Source of the DNA: Capsulimonadales bacterium
GTDB taxonomy: Bacteria; Armatimonadota; Armatimonadia; Armatimonadales; Armatimonadaceae
Length of the DNA: 22,534 nucleotides
Direction of reading: 5' to 3'
Assembly: GCA_033762295.1 (NCBI GenBank)
Contig: JANRLW010000024.1
Location: 1 to 22,534 of the forward strand
Position 1 is the stretch's first letter; each line of letters opens with the position of its first letter. Below, piece after piece: positions 1 to 7,803 of the stretch. Made by a program: the position numbers and the translations under genes. Below the pieces are notes generated by a model, which saw only the letters and a program-made list of their open reading frames with translations, was not told where the DNA came from and did no database searches.

Positions 1-594
1 AGGATGAAGGAACTGGAGGCGCAGGTCGCCGCCAATATCGCCCTGGAGAACCTGGCGATCAAGGACGTGAAAGTGACGCCGGCCGAGGTGGCCGACTTCT
101 ACCGCCGGAACCGCTCGATCTTCCGTCTGCCGTCTCAATCCCGCGCCACCATCGCCCTGGCCGAGAACCCGACCGCGGCGCAGGCGGTGGTCGCCATGCT
201 GAAGGACGGCAGCATTAATTTGGATTCGATCGCCGGTCAGCCGGGGGTCGCGGTCGTGGGCGTCAACGGGTTCAATATGGACTGGTCGCGCGTTGCCTCC
301 GACACAAAGCGTATCCTCGGCGGAAAAATCGCAACGGCGCCGACGAAGAGCGTCTTTACGGTCCCGTCCAAAGAGGTGACGTTCATCGTCCGTATCGACT
401 CCAAAGCGGTGGAAACCGTCGAACCGTTCGAAACGGCGAAGGGACAGGCGGAACGTCTGCTGCGTCTGCGCAAGGCGGAACCGCAGGCCAATGTCCTCGC
501 CCGTCTCTATCGCGATGCGGAGATTCGATTCGAGGCGACCAAGTACCAGGTGTTCTTCAAGGATATCGAGAAGGCGGGCCAGGAACTGAAATAG
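1..594 (+). CDS. SurA/PrsA-like foldase (peptidyl-prolyl isomerase family), 5'-truncated by the window edge
   Basis: Frame is open from base 1 to TAG 592-594. KDVKVTPAEVADFYRRNRSIFRLP and EPFETAKGQAERLL resemble the SurA/PpiC chaperone scaffold; the parvulin catalytic motifs are degenerate. Confidence 0.55.
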   Translation, partial: RMKELEAQVAANIALENLAIKDVKVTPAEVADFYRRNRSIFRLPSQSRATIALAENPTAAQAVVAMLKDGSINLDSIAGQPGVAVVGVNGFNMDWSRVASDTKRILGGKIATAPTKSVFTVPSKEVTFIVRIDSKAVETVEPFETAKGQAERLLRLRKAEPQANVLARLYRDAEIRFEATKYQVFFKDIEKAGQELK

Positions 595-595
595 T

Positions 596-1255
596 TCAGG
601 AGAGGTCGCCTGCCGGGGCGTTCGCCAGTTTGAGACGGTTCCACATTTCGGCCACGAATTCGAGGAAACGGGCGCGATCCGCCGACGAGGTCTCCGCGCC
701 CGCCGGCAGGGGACGCATGAACCGAACGAACGTGATCGGCGCGCCCTTGCGTCCGATCAGCGCCGACATCAGCATGCGCAACCGGATATCGGTGACCTCG
801 GTGACGATCCGACCGTCGGCCACGTACAGGTAGACCATCTCATGCGCCTGGCGCAGGGACGTATTGACGACGCGACAGACCCGCGCGCGGATGCCGGTGC
901 CGGGAATGGCTTCGGTATGATCATCCCGAATCTCCCATCCCGCCCCGACCAGACAGGAGCGCGGATCGTGAAGCGCGCTGCGGTCGGTCCCGGCGATCAG
1001 GGTGAATTGCACGCTTCGTCCGCCCGCGCTGCGGTAGGTGCGGGACAGAAGGTCGGCGGCCGAAAGGGCGGCCCGAACGGGTTCCGAGACGGTCTCGTCC
1101 CCTTCGGATCGATAGTCCTGAAGGACGATCGGGACCGCCGCCCGATCCAGACCGGTAAATTTCGGCGGGGGCGCGGGCTGCCACAGCAGGGACGCGCCGA
1201 AGATCGCCGCTGTCGTGAGACCTAAAATATACGCTGACCGGCGAATGTTCGACAT
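596..1255 (-). CDS. epsI: EpsI family exosortase-associated periplasmic protein (219 aa)
   Basis: ATG at 1255 (MSNIRRSAYILG...), N-terminal hydrophobic anchor, LSAADLLSRTY and HDPRSCLVGAGW EpsI-type motifs. Overlaps the exosortase 3' end by 34 nt. Confidence 0.85.
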   Translation of the reverse strand: MSNIRRSAYILGLTTAAIFGASLLWQPAPPPKFTGLDRAAVPIVLQDYRSEGDETVSEPVRAALSAADLLSRTYRSAGGRSVQFTLIAGTDRSALHDPRSCLVGAGWEIRDDHTEAIPGTGIRARVCRVVNTSLRQAHEMVYLYVADGRIVTEVTDIRLRMLMSALIGRKGAPITFVRFMRPLPAGAETSSADRARFLEFVAEMWNRLKLANAPAGDLS

Positions 1256-2124
1256 CCCAGTACCTTTGCCGTTCCGAAAAGCAGGACCATACAGAGAACG
1301 AGTGAAAGCATACCGCTCCAATCGTGGAAAACGACCGCAGCGGACGTTCCCAGACATTCGCCGACCACCCCGATCAGGGCGATACGCACCGAGTTGACGA
1401 AGACGGAGAGCGGAACCCCGATCAGGAACAGTCCCCAGCGACGGACCGGCGTCGAATCGGTGAGAAAGGCGAAAGCCGAGTTGAAAGTGAAGAGGGTGAG
1501 CAGGAGTTTGAAGCCGGAACAGGGGACATCGACATTGAGAATGTAGTTGTCGAGGTGGACCATGTTTCCGAACCGAACCGGGTGCAGCCCGATCCCGGTC
1601 AGCAGCATCGTCGCTCCTTCGGTGGAAAGGGACTGAACCTGCAGGGTGAGATCGTTCAGGACCGGACCGGGCAGTGGCGCCATCAGCCACAGAAAGAGGA
1701 GCGGGAAGGAGGCGACACGGACGAACCGTGTACCCAGAACGAACCAGACGCCTCCGAGAACGGACAGGAGAAATGCCCACGACATCACCGCCTGCATCTC
1801 CGTTTTGACGGCCAGGGTCAGCAGCAATAATGCCGGTGTCGCCAGCAGAAGGGCGGCGGGCGCGGGCCGTTTGGGAACGGCGGCGAGTTCGCGTCGACGA
1901 TGCCAGAGCATCAGGGCGACCAGCGGCGGTACGAAAAAGGCGAACCCGTAATAGGATTCCGGGCGGGTGTACTCCCAGTGCCACCAGCGCAGCATCGGCC
2001 AGGCGAGGGCGAGCAGAAAGCCTGAAAACAGACCCAATCCGGGCAGGGCTTCACGGATCGACTCGACGGGCGGCGCGGTTTGCCCGTTTCGGTCGGCGGG
2101 GGCAGCGGTCGGCATGGCGAGCAT
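1222..2124 (-). CDS. Exosortase (EpsH/archaeosortase family) multi-pass membrane transpeptidase
   Basis: About 8 hydrophobic segments, YYGFAFFVPPL, and a Cys-Arg-His triad in VDVPCSG, NSVRI and FHDWSG. Alternative ATG at 2115. Confidence 0.93.
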   Translation of the reverse strand: MLAMPTAAPADRNGQTAPPVESIREALPGLGLFSGFLLALAWPMLRWWHWEYTRPESYYGFAFFVPPLVALMLWHRRRELAAVPKRPAPAALLLATPALLLLTLAVKTEMQAVMSWAFLLSVLGGVWFVLGTRFVRVASFPLLFLWLMAPLPGPVLNDLTLQVQSLSTEGATMLLTGIGLHPVRFGNMVHLDNYILNVDVPCSGFKLLLTLFTFNSAFAFLTDSTPVRRWGLFLIGVPLSVFVNSVRIALIGVVGECLGTSAAVVFHDWSGMLSLVLCMVLLFGTAKVLGCRTFAGQRIF

Positions 2125-2151
2125 GGGATGGTTTTCGATCCTGTTCCGGTG

Positions 2152-2180
2152 AAAAAGGGGCAGGGAATGGCGCCTGCCCC
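2152..2180 (-). terminator. Intrinsic terminator after the PEP-CTERM gene
   Basis: Minus strand reads GGGGCAGG-cgccattc-CCTGCCCC-TTTTT: 8-bp stem followed by 5 U. Confidence 0.8.
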
Positions 2181-2207
2181 GTTGCGAACCGAACCTGAAC
2201 GGGAGGC

Positions 2208-2945
2208 TCAGGCGAGGGTCTTGACGGACTTGACCGACTTGTTGCGGGCGCGGAGGATCAGACCGCCGAGGGTCAGACCGATCAGGCCCATCGCCGCATA
2301 CTCGCCCGGCTCCGGAACGGCCATGACGTCGAACGTGCCGCTTCCGGTGGCGATGAAGGAGTTCAGGCCACCGTTGGTGACGCCCCGATTGTTGTTCCAG
2401 TTGAGACCGGAGAAGCTGAGGCTGAAGGTGCCGATCGCGCTGGTGCCCGGGTTCAGGGCAAGGTACTGATCGAGAACGGAACCGCCGGTGTAGGTGACAT
2501 CATTGAACAGAAGGTCGGACTGCAGACCGGCGCTGCTGGCGGAATCGGAGCTGAAGACGGCCTTGTTGAAGGTGCCGGACAGGAGAAGCGAGCCCTTTCC
2601 GTTCTTTTTGGTATAGAACGTGAAGGTGCCGCCGCTGAACAGGGCATCGAGGGAGCCGTTGTCGTTGGTGGCGGAGTTGGCAACCTGGGTGATCGGACCG
2701 AACTGGAACCAGGCGTTGCCGTCGAAGGCATCCGGATCGTTGACCAGGCTGGTCAGACCCACTTTGGTGCCGCCGTCTTCGGTAACCAGGGTGCCGCTGC
2801 CATTGTTGTCGGACGTAAAGCTGAAACCGCCCGCCGTTTTGCCATTAAAGGTGGCCAGCGGGTCAATCGCGTGAGCGGGCGCATGGGAGGCGACGGTGAC
2901 CAGGGTCGCCGCGGCCAGACCGCCGATGAGATTTCGAACGTTCAT
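2208..2945 (-). CDS. PEP-CTERM sorting domain surface protein (245 aa)
   Basis: ATG at 2945 with an AAGGA RBS, signal peptide ending AHA, Gly/Ser/Thr/Asn/Phe-rich body, C-terminal VPEPGEYAAMG + TM helix + RARNK. Confidence 0.92.
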   Translation of the reverse strand: MNVRNLIGGLAAATLVTVASHAPAHAIDPLATFNGKTAGGFSFTSDNNGSGTLVTEDGGTKVGLTSLVNDPDAFDGNAWFQFGPITQVANSATNDNGSLDALFSGGTFTFYTKKNGKGSLLLSGTFNKAVFSSDSASSAGLQSDLLFNDVTYTGGSVLDQYLALNPGTSAIGTFSLSFSGLNWNNNRGVTNGGLNSFIATGSGTFDVMAVPEPGEYAAMGLIGLTLGGLILRARNKSVKSVKTLA

Positions 2946-3176
2946 ACTTGTTCCTTTTGTCTTTACGATTATGGAAGACCATAGAGGAATCAACAGGGCG
3001 GTCCTTGCTGATCGACCGCGGACGACGTAAGCGAGACGGCCCCCCAGCAAGAGGAGGCCGATGGCAGAGGAAGGATCGACGCCGGACTTCGTCTTTCCCG
3101 CTCTGCCGGAAAACGGAAGGAAAGGGTGAAGGGCGGACGCTGCGGCCTGGAAACCTTTCCGAACGATTACGACGAG

Positions 3177-3208
3177 ATCATACCACGGCTTTAGTAAATT
3201 TTAGTAAA
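3177..3208 (-). promoter_or_regulatory. Putative extended -10 promoter of the PEP-CTERM gene with upstream direct repeats
   Basis: TGgTATGAT on the minus strand (3185-3177). TTTAGTAAA occurs twice, at 3190-3198 and 3200-3208. No canonical -35. Confidence 0.45.
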
Positions 3209-3341
3209 AATGACGAAAACCGGTATTTTACCGGATAAGGAAAGGGAACGGGCAGGGAAGGGACGATTCAGGAAGGATTTTCCCCGATAAAGCCCGAAGT
3301 GGGACGGGTATCCGCTCAATCCATTTTCGGAAGGTTCCGTC

Positions 3342-3878
3342 GTGACCGGCAACGATTCCCTGACACCTCTGCGCGCGCTGTCCCTGATTCGGGACGTTCC
3401 CGATTTCCCGGTCCCCGGCATCCTGTTCAAGGACATTACACCGGCGCTGGCCGATGCGGCGGCCCTCCGGGAGATCATCGCCGCGATGGCGGAGGCGATC
3501 CGCCCGATGCAACCGGACCATATCGTCGGGATCGAATCACGCGGTTTTATCTTCGGAGTCCCCGTAGCGCTGGAACTGGGGATCGGCTTCTCGCCGATCC
3601 GCAAGCCCGGCAAACTCCCCTACGAGAAGATCGCGCAGGAATATACGCTGGAGTACGGGACGAACGTGATCGAAATCCACACGGATGCCGTCCGACCGGG
3701 CCAGCGCGTCGTCATCGTCGATGACCTCCTGGCGACCGGCGGCACGGCGCAGGCGGCCGGCCGACTGGTCGAAGCGATCAGCGGGCAGGTCGTCGGGTAC
3801 GGTTTCGTCGTCGAACTCGCCTTCCTCGGCGGACGCGCTCGACTCGAACGGCAGATCGCGTCCCTGATCACCTACTGA
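3342..3878 (+). CDS. apt: Adenine phosphoribosyltransferase
   Basis: PDFPVPGILFKDIT, GIESRGF, IRKPGKLP, LEYG and the PRPP motif VIVDDLLATGGT. GTG start with GGAAGG upstream. Confidence 0.97.
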   Translation: MTGNDSLTPLRALSLIRDVPDFPVPGILFKDITPALADAAALREIIAAMAEAIRPMQPDHIVGIESRGFIFGVPVALELGIGFSPIRKPGKLPYEKIAQEYTLEYGTNVIEIHTDAVRPGQRVVIVDDLLATGGTAQAAGRLVEAISGQVVGYGFVVELAFLGGRARLERQIASLITY

Positions 3879-3896
3879 TTACCTGCTGATTACCTG
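3864..3896 (+). repeat. 11-bp tandem repeat x3 spanning the apt stop codon
   Basis: CTGATCACCTA / CTGATTACCTG / CTGATTACCTG at 3864, 3875 and 3886. Confidence 0.85.
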
Positions 3897-3919
3897 CCGA
3901 AAGGAAGGCTCGACCCCTG

Positions 3920-5014
3920 ATGGACCGTACCGATTCCCCGGTGACCGTGCGCGCCGTTCTGGAGGCGTTGCAGCGGATCGCTCCCGCCGAACTGGCGCTG
4001 GACCGCGATCCGACCGGACTGCTGATCGGCGATCCGGACGCGCCGGTCCGCTCGCTGGTCGCCGCGCTGGACGTGACGCCCGCCGCCGTCGAGACCGCGA
4101 AGGCGACGGGGGCCGGACTGATCGTCGCCCATCACCCGCTGATCTACCATCCGCTGAAGACGCTCCGCGCCGACGGACCTCCTCCGGGCGGCATCGTCCT
4201 CGACTGTATCCGCGCCGGAATCGCCGTCGCCTGCGCCCATACCTGCTGGGACGTGGTCGACGGGGGAGTGAACGATGTGCTGGCCGGACTCCTGGGGATC
4301 GAAAAGACGCGTCCGCTGCGCACGACCTGGCGCGAATCGCTGGTCAAGGTCACCGTTTACGTGCCGGTTCCGTATCGGAACGCGGTTCTGAACGCGATGG
4401 CGGCGGCGGGCGCGGGCGCGATCGGCGCATATGATCGTTGTTCCTTCCGCACGGCGGGTATCGGCACGTTCCGCCCGCTTCCCGGGGCGAACCCGTTTCT
4501 CGGCCAGATCGGGCGGACGGAGGAGGTTGCCGAGGAGCGTCTGGAGATGATCGCTCCCGAGAGCCGTTTCGGATCGATCGTCGCGGCGATGACCTCCGCA
4601 CACCCTTACGAGGAGGTGGCGTACGAAGTCTACCCGCTTCGGAACGCCCATCGGGAGGCCGGTCTCGGGCGGATCGGAACGCTGACGGAACCCGTTTCCG
4701 GAGCGGCGTTCGCCCGGCGGATTCGGGAGGCGCTGAATTTTGACGCGGTCCGCCAGGCCGGTCCCCTGCCGGAAACGGTGCGAACGGTGGCGGTTTGCGG
4801 GGGCGCGGGGGCGGAACTGATGCACGAAGCCATCGCCGGCGGCGCGGATGCGTTCGTCACGAGCGACGTCCGGCATCATGAGTTCGTCGACGCGGCCGCG
4901 CGCGGCTTCTGGCTGATCGACGCCGGCCATGCGGCCACCGAGACTCCGGGCGCGCGCGAACTGGGCCGCCGACTCGGAGAGGCGGTCGGCCTGCCCGTCA
5001 CCTTCGCGAAATGA
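3920..5014 (+). CDS. Nif3-like dinuclear metal center hexameric protein (YqfO type, with PII-like insert)
   Basis: DPTGLLIG, ALDVT, IVAHHPLIY, AHTCWD, insert with HPYEEVAY, VAVCGGAG, TSDVRHH, DAGHAATE. Confidence 0.93.
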   Translation: MDRTDSPVTVRAVLEALQRIAPAELALDRDPTGLLIGDPDAPVRSLVAALDVTPAAVETAKATGAGLIVAHHPLIYHPLKTLRADGPPPGGIVLDCIRAGIAVACAHTCWDVVDGGVNDVLAGLLGIEKTRPLRTTWRESLVKVTVYVPVPYRNAVLNAMAAAGAGAIGAYDRCSFRTAGIGTFRPLPGANPFLGQIGRTEEVAEERLEMIAPESRFGSIVAAMTSAHPYEEVAYEVYPLRNAHREAGLGRIGTLTEPVSGAAFARRIREALNFDAVRQAGPLPETVRTVAVCGGAGAELMHEAIAGGADAFVTSDVRHHEFVDAAARGFWLIDAGHAATETPGARELGRRLGEAVGLPVTFAK

Positions 5015-5017
5015 GGG

Positions 5018-6034
5018 CTAGACCTCCCAGCCGGATTTGTCGACTTTGGCCGCGCCTGACCCGTTGTCGCCGGACTTCCCTGCGTTGAACGGCGCGTCGA
5101 CGATGGCGTAGAGCCAGGAACCGACGCAGACCAGAGCGAAGAACGAGGTGAGCGGGGAAAGGGCGAAGGAGGCGCGTCCTCCCTGCATGGCGAAGATGGC
5201 GGCGATATCCCTGAAGAGGTTATCCTTTTCGGGGGAGAGACTGAGAACCAGTAAGGAGATCGCAAACGCTCCGATCAGTACGAACGCCTTGACGATCTGG
5301 CCGTTGTAGAACTGGCCGAAACCGGGCACGATCAGGGAGAGGAGCATGGCGACTCCGGCGTTGCGCTTGCCCCGGTTGCCGCCCAGTTCCCCCGAGGCGA
5401 TCAGGTCGGCGACGCTGTCGCCACGCAGGAGCGCCTCGTTGATCGAAAGTTTGCCGGTCGCCTGCGCCTGTTGCAGGGCGGCTTCGGCGTACTTCCGTTC
5501 GGCGGAGACGCGTTTGGGGTCGAGTTCGCGCGCCCGCGCGTAGGCGGCGATCGCCTCGTCGTACAACTCCTCGATCAGGAGCAGGTCGCCCGTCTGCTCG
5601 TAAAGGGGGGCCTGCGCCGAGGGCGGCGTTCCGTCGGCCAGTTCCAGCGCCTTTTGCAGAAGCAGGCGGGCGTCCGTGATCTGGCCTTTGATACGCAGAG
5701 CGGTGGCCTGGCTGACCAGCCGTTCCCGTTCCCGTTCGGCGGCGTTCCCACCCACGCCGGGGCGTTGTGCGCCGCCGGGCGCGACACCGGGCGGGGGAGC
5801 GGTTTTCGGCGACAGGACGGGAGCATTCTTCGGCGGGAGCGGAGAGACGGGAGCAACCGGCGAAGCCTCCGTCGGGTCCGGCGAGGGAGTCGCAGAGACC
5901 GGGGCGGACGGACGACCGGGCGACGGTGCGGCTATCGGTGCGCCGCAGTGACCGCAGAAACGCATCCCTGCGGGATTGGTCTTCCCGCAGGAGTTGCAGA
6001 TCGTTTCGCTCGCCGGTTTCAATGCCTCCGCCAT
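5018..6034 (-). CDS. Zinc-ribbon / Pro-rich linker / TPR / C-terminal membrane domain protein
   Basis: CNSC..FCGHC, Pro-rich stretch, TPR-like YDEAIAAYARARELDP, TM2-like NAGVAMLLSLIVPGFGQFYNGQ and further TM helices. GAGGAG RBS. Confidence 0.8.
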   Translation of the reverse strand: MAEALKPASETICNSCGKTNPAGMRFCGHCGAPIAAPSPGRPSAPVSATPSPDPTEASPVAPVSPLPPKNAPVLSPKTAPPPGVAPGGAQRPGVGGNAAERERERLVSQATALRIKGQITDARLLLQKALELADGTPPSAQAPLYEQTGDLLLIEELYDEAIAAYARARELDPKRVSAERKYAEAALQQAQATGKLSINEALLRGDSVADLIASGELGGNRGKRNAGVAMLLSLIVPGFGQFYNGQIVKAFVLIGAFAISLLVLSLSPEKDNLFRDIAAIFAMQGGRASFALSPLTSFFALVCVGSWLYAIVDAPFNAGKSGDNGSGAAKVDKSGWEV

Positions 6035-6062
6035 GGCTACTCCTCACTCCCGTCCCGCCGAC

Positions 6063-7085
6063 TTAGCGGGTGCTGGCCTCGCCGACGCCGTCCGCCGTAC
6101 CGGACGGGTTCGCTTCGCCCGGCGTGTTCGCGGGCGGTGTCGAGTCGCTGACTGCGGCGGCGTCCGGGTTGTATTTCATCGGATGGTCCGTGAACGCCTC
6201 CCGGATATCGCCGTCGGCGACCAGGTCCTCACCGATCAGATCGCCCATCGCCTCATCGGCGTCCGGCAGATCGTCATCATCGAGTTCGGCATCCCGTCGA
6301 TCCGGCTGTGCGTTATTGTTGAGCGCGGTGAACAGGGCGTCGGTCGCATCGCGGCGCGGTGAGTTCGTTTCGCTTCCGTCGAACCGGGCGAACGTCGAAC
6401 CTTCATCCACGTCCTCCGCCAGAGCGGCCGGCGCGGGCGTCTTCTCGGCATCCTCCGGCTCGTCGTAATCGTCCAGCTCCTCCTGCTCCTCGCTGCCTTC
6501 CTCGTAGTCCTCGACGTCCTCCTCGGAGATTTCGCCGGTATATTCGGCTTCCTCCTCGACGAAGTCCTCGTCCTCCTCATCGATCGGCTCGACCTCGGTA
6601 TCGGCTTCGTCGAAGAAGGCGGCGTCCTCTTCCTCATCCTCTTCGAATTCGTCCTCGTCCTCGAACAGGGCGTCTCCTTTCGATACGGAAAAGGTGGCGT
6701 TCGCGCTCCCTACGGAATCGGGGGTGGGCGGCAGGGCGCCCTTCGGCTGCGGGTGGGTCCAGTACTCCTCCAGTTTGTATCGTTCCCGCGCCTCTTCGGT
6801 CATGACATGCAGCACCACATCGCCGAAGTCGATCAGCACCCATTCGCCGACCTGTTCGCCTTCGGTGCGCGGCGTGGGGAGTCGCCGATCCTCGGCCTCC
6901 TCGAGCACCCGTTCGGCGATGGCGCGGATATGGATGTTGTTGAAGCCCGCGCAGACCAGGAAAAAATCGGCGAGGAGCGTCTTGCCGCGCAGATCGAGCA
7001 GCACCGGTTCGATCGCTTTCCGATCCTCGACGACTTCGAAAAGAAATTGCGCCTTCTCGTCGGAAGGCATCTGTACTTTAGCCAA
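6063..7085 (-). CDS. rsfS: Ribosome silencing factor RsfS with ~230-aa acidic C-terminal extension (340 aa)
   Basis: TTG at 7085, 8 nt after an AGGAG that overlaps the nadD TAG (alternative ATG at 7070). DRKA..LLDL..LADFFLVC, WVLIDFGDVVLHVM..RERYKLEEYW. Conserved nadD-rsfS order. Confidence 0.92.
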   Translation of the reverse strand: MAKVQMPSDEKAQFLFEVVEDRKAIEPVLLDLRGKTLLADFFLVCAGFNNIHIRAIAERVLEEAEDRRLPTPRTEGEQVGEWVLIDFGDVVLHVMTEEARERYKLEEYWTHPQPKGALPPTPDSVGSANATFSVSKGDALFEDEDEFEEDEEEDAAFFDEADTEVEPIDEEDEDFVEEEAEYTGEISEEDVEDYEEGSEEQEELDDYDEPEDAEKTPAPAALAEDVDEGSTFARFDGSETNSPRRDATDALFTALNNNAQPDRRDAELDDDDLPDADEAMGDLIGEDLVADGDIREAFTDHPMKYNPDAAAVSDSTPPANTPGEANPSGTADGVGEASTR

Positions 7086-7096
7086 ACCGTATTCTC

Positions 7097-7732
7097 CTAT
7101 GCGGACGGCCCATCGGCCGACGTTGACGGATCGGAATGCCGCGAGCGGTAGAGCGCCCGATCGTCGATAAACTTCAGCACCGCGGGCGGCAGAAGATAGC
7201 GGACGCTGCGCCCTGCGGCCAGCGAGTCGCGAATGAACGACGACGAAATATCGAGTCCCGGCATCGAAATAAACGCGATCCGGGGCTCGAAGGTATCGGG
7301 CAGGGCGGCAAGGACCGCGTCGGGCGCGACACCGGGCCGGGTCATCACGAGAAATCTCGCCAGCCGCAAAATCTCCTCCGGCTCCCGCCACTTCGTCAGA
7401 TCGCGCACCGCGTCGGTGCCGGTCAAAAAGAACCGCTCGGCTTCCGGGTACTCCCGCGCCAGTTCGCGCAGTGTGTCCACGGTGTAGGACGGTCCGGCGC
7501 GGCGCACCTCGGCATCGGACACCCCGAACGCCGGGTTGTCCGCAACTGCCAGACGGAGCATTTCCAGACGGAGTTCCGACGGGATGACCGTCCGTCCCGT
7601 TTTGAACGGGGAGACTTGCGTCGGCACGAACAGGACGCGATCCAGGGAGGCCGCCTCTCGCGCGACTTCCGCCATCCGGAGATGTCCCGTATGAACGGGG
7701 TCGAAACTGCCGCCGAAAACTCCGAGTCGCAA
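7097..7732 (-). CDS. nadD: Nicotinate-nucleotide adenylyltransferase
   Basis: GVFGGSFDPVHTGH, SYTVDTL, TGTD, W, ISSSFIR motifs. TTG start. Confidence 0.97.
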   Translation of the reverse strand: MRLGVFGGSFDPVHTGHLRMAEVAREAASLDRVLFVPTQVSPFKTGRTVIPSELRLEMLRLAVADNPAFGVSDAEVRRAGPSYTVDTLRELAREYPEAERFFLTGTDAVRDLTKWREPEEILRLARFLVMTRPGVAPDAVLAALPDTFEPRIAFISMPGLDISSSFIRDSLAAGRSVRYLLPPAVLKFIDDRALYRSRHSDPSTSADGPSA

Positions 7733-7803
7733 TCACCGCCTCTTTCGTGCCGCCTGCTTTTTTTCCTTCAAGGAATTGTATCGCAGTTCGCGGGTTTCCG
7801 TTC

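Noticed and set aside
592..598. Convergent gene pairs abutting without terminators (594/596, 5014/5018, 16151-16154)
   Set aside because: Common in compact genomes; nothing in the sequence indicates regulated antisense overlap.
1256..1984. epsI reading frame stays open far into the exosortase gene (462-aa ORF in the track), suggesting a frameshifted exosortase-EpsI fusion
   Set aside because: The extension reads as Arg/Pro-rich off-frame sequence typical of high GC. Both genes are complete, EpsI has its own ATG and anchor, and I saw no slippery site.
2946..3341. Sigma54 promoter / PrsR-type enhancer expected for proteobacterial PEP-CTERM genes
   Set aside because: No TGGCAC-N5-TTGC match found by eye on the coding strand.
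7086..7736. rsfS frame is open across the whole of nadD (557-aa ORF)
   Set aside because: Shadow frame of nadD. A good AGGAG + TTG start exists at 7085.
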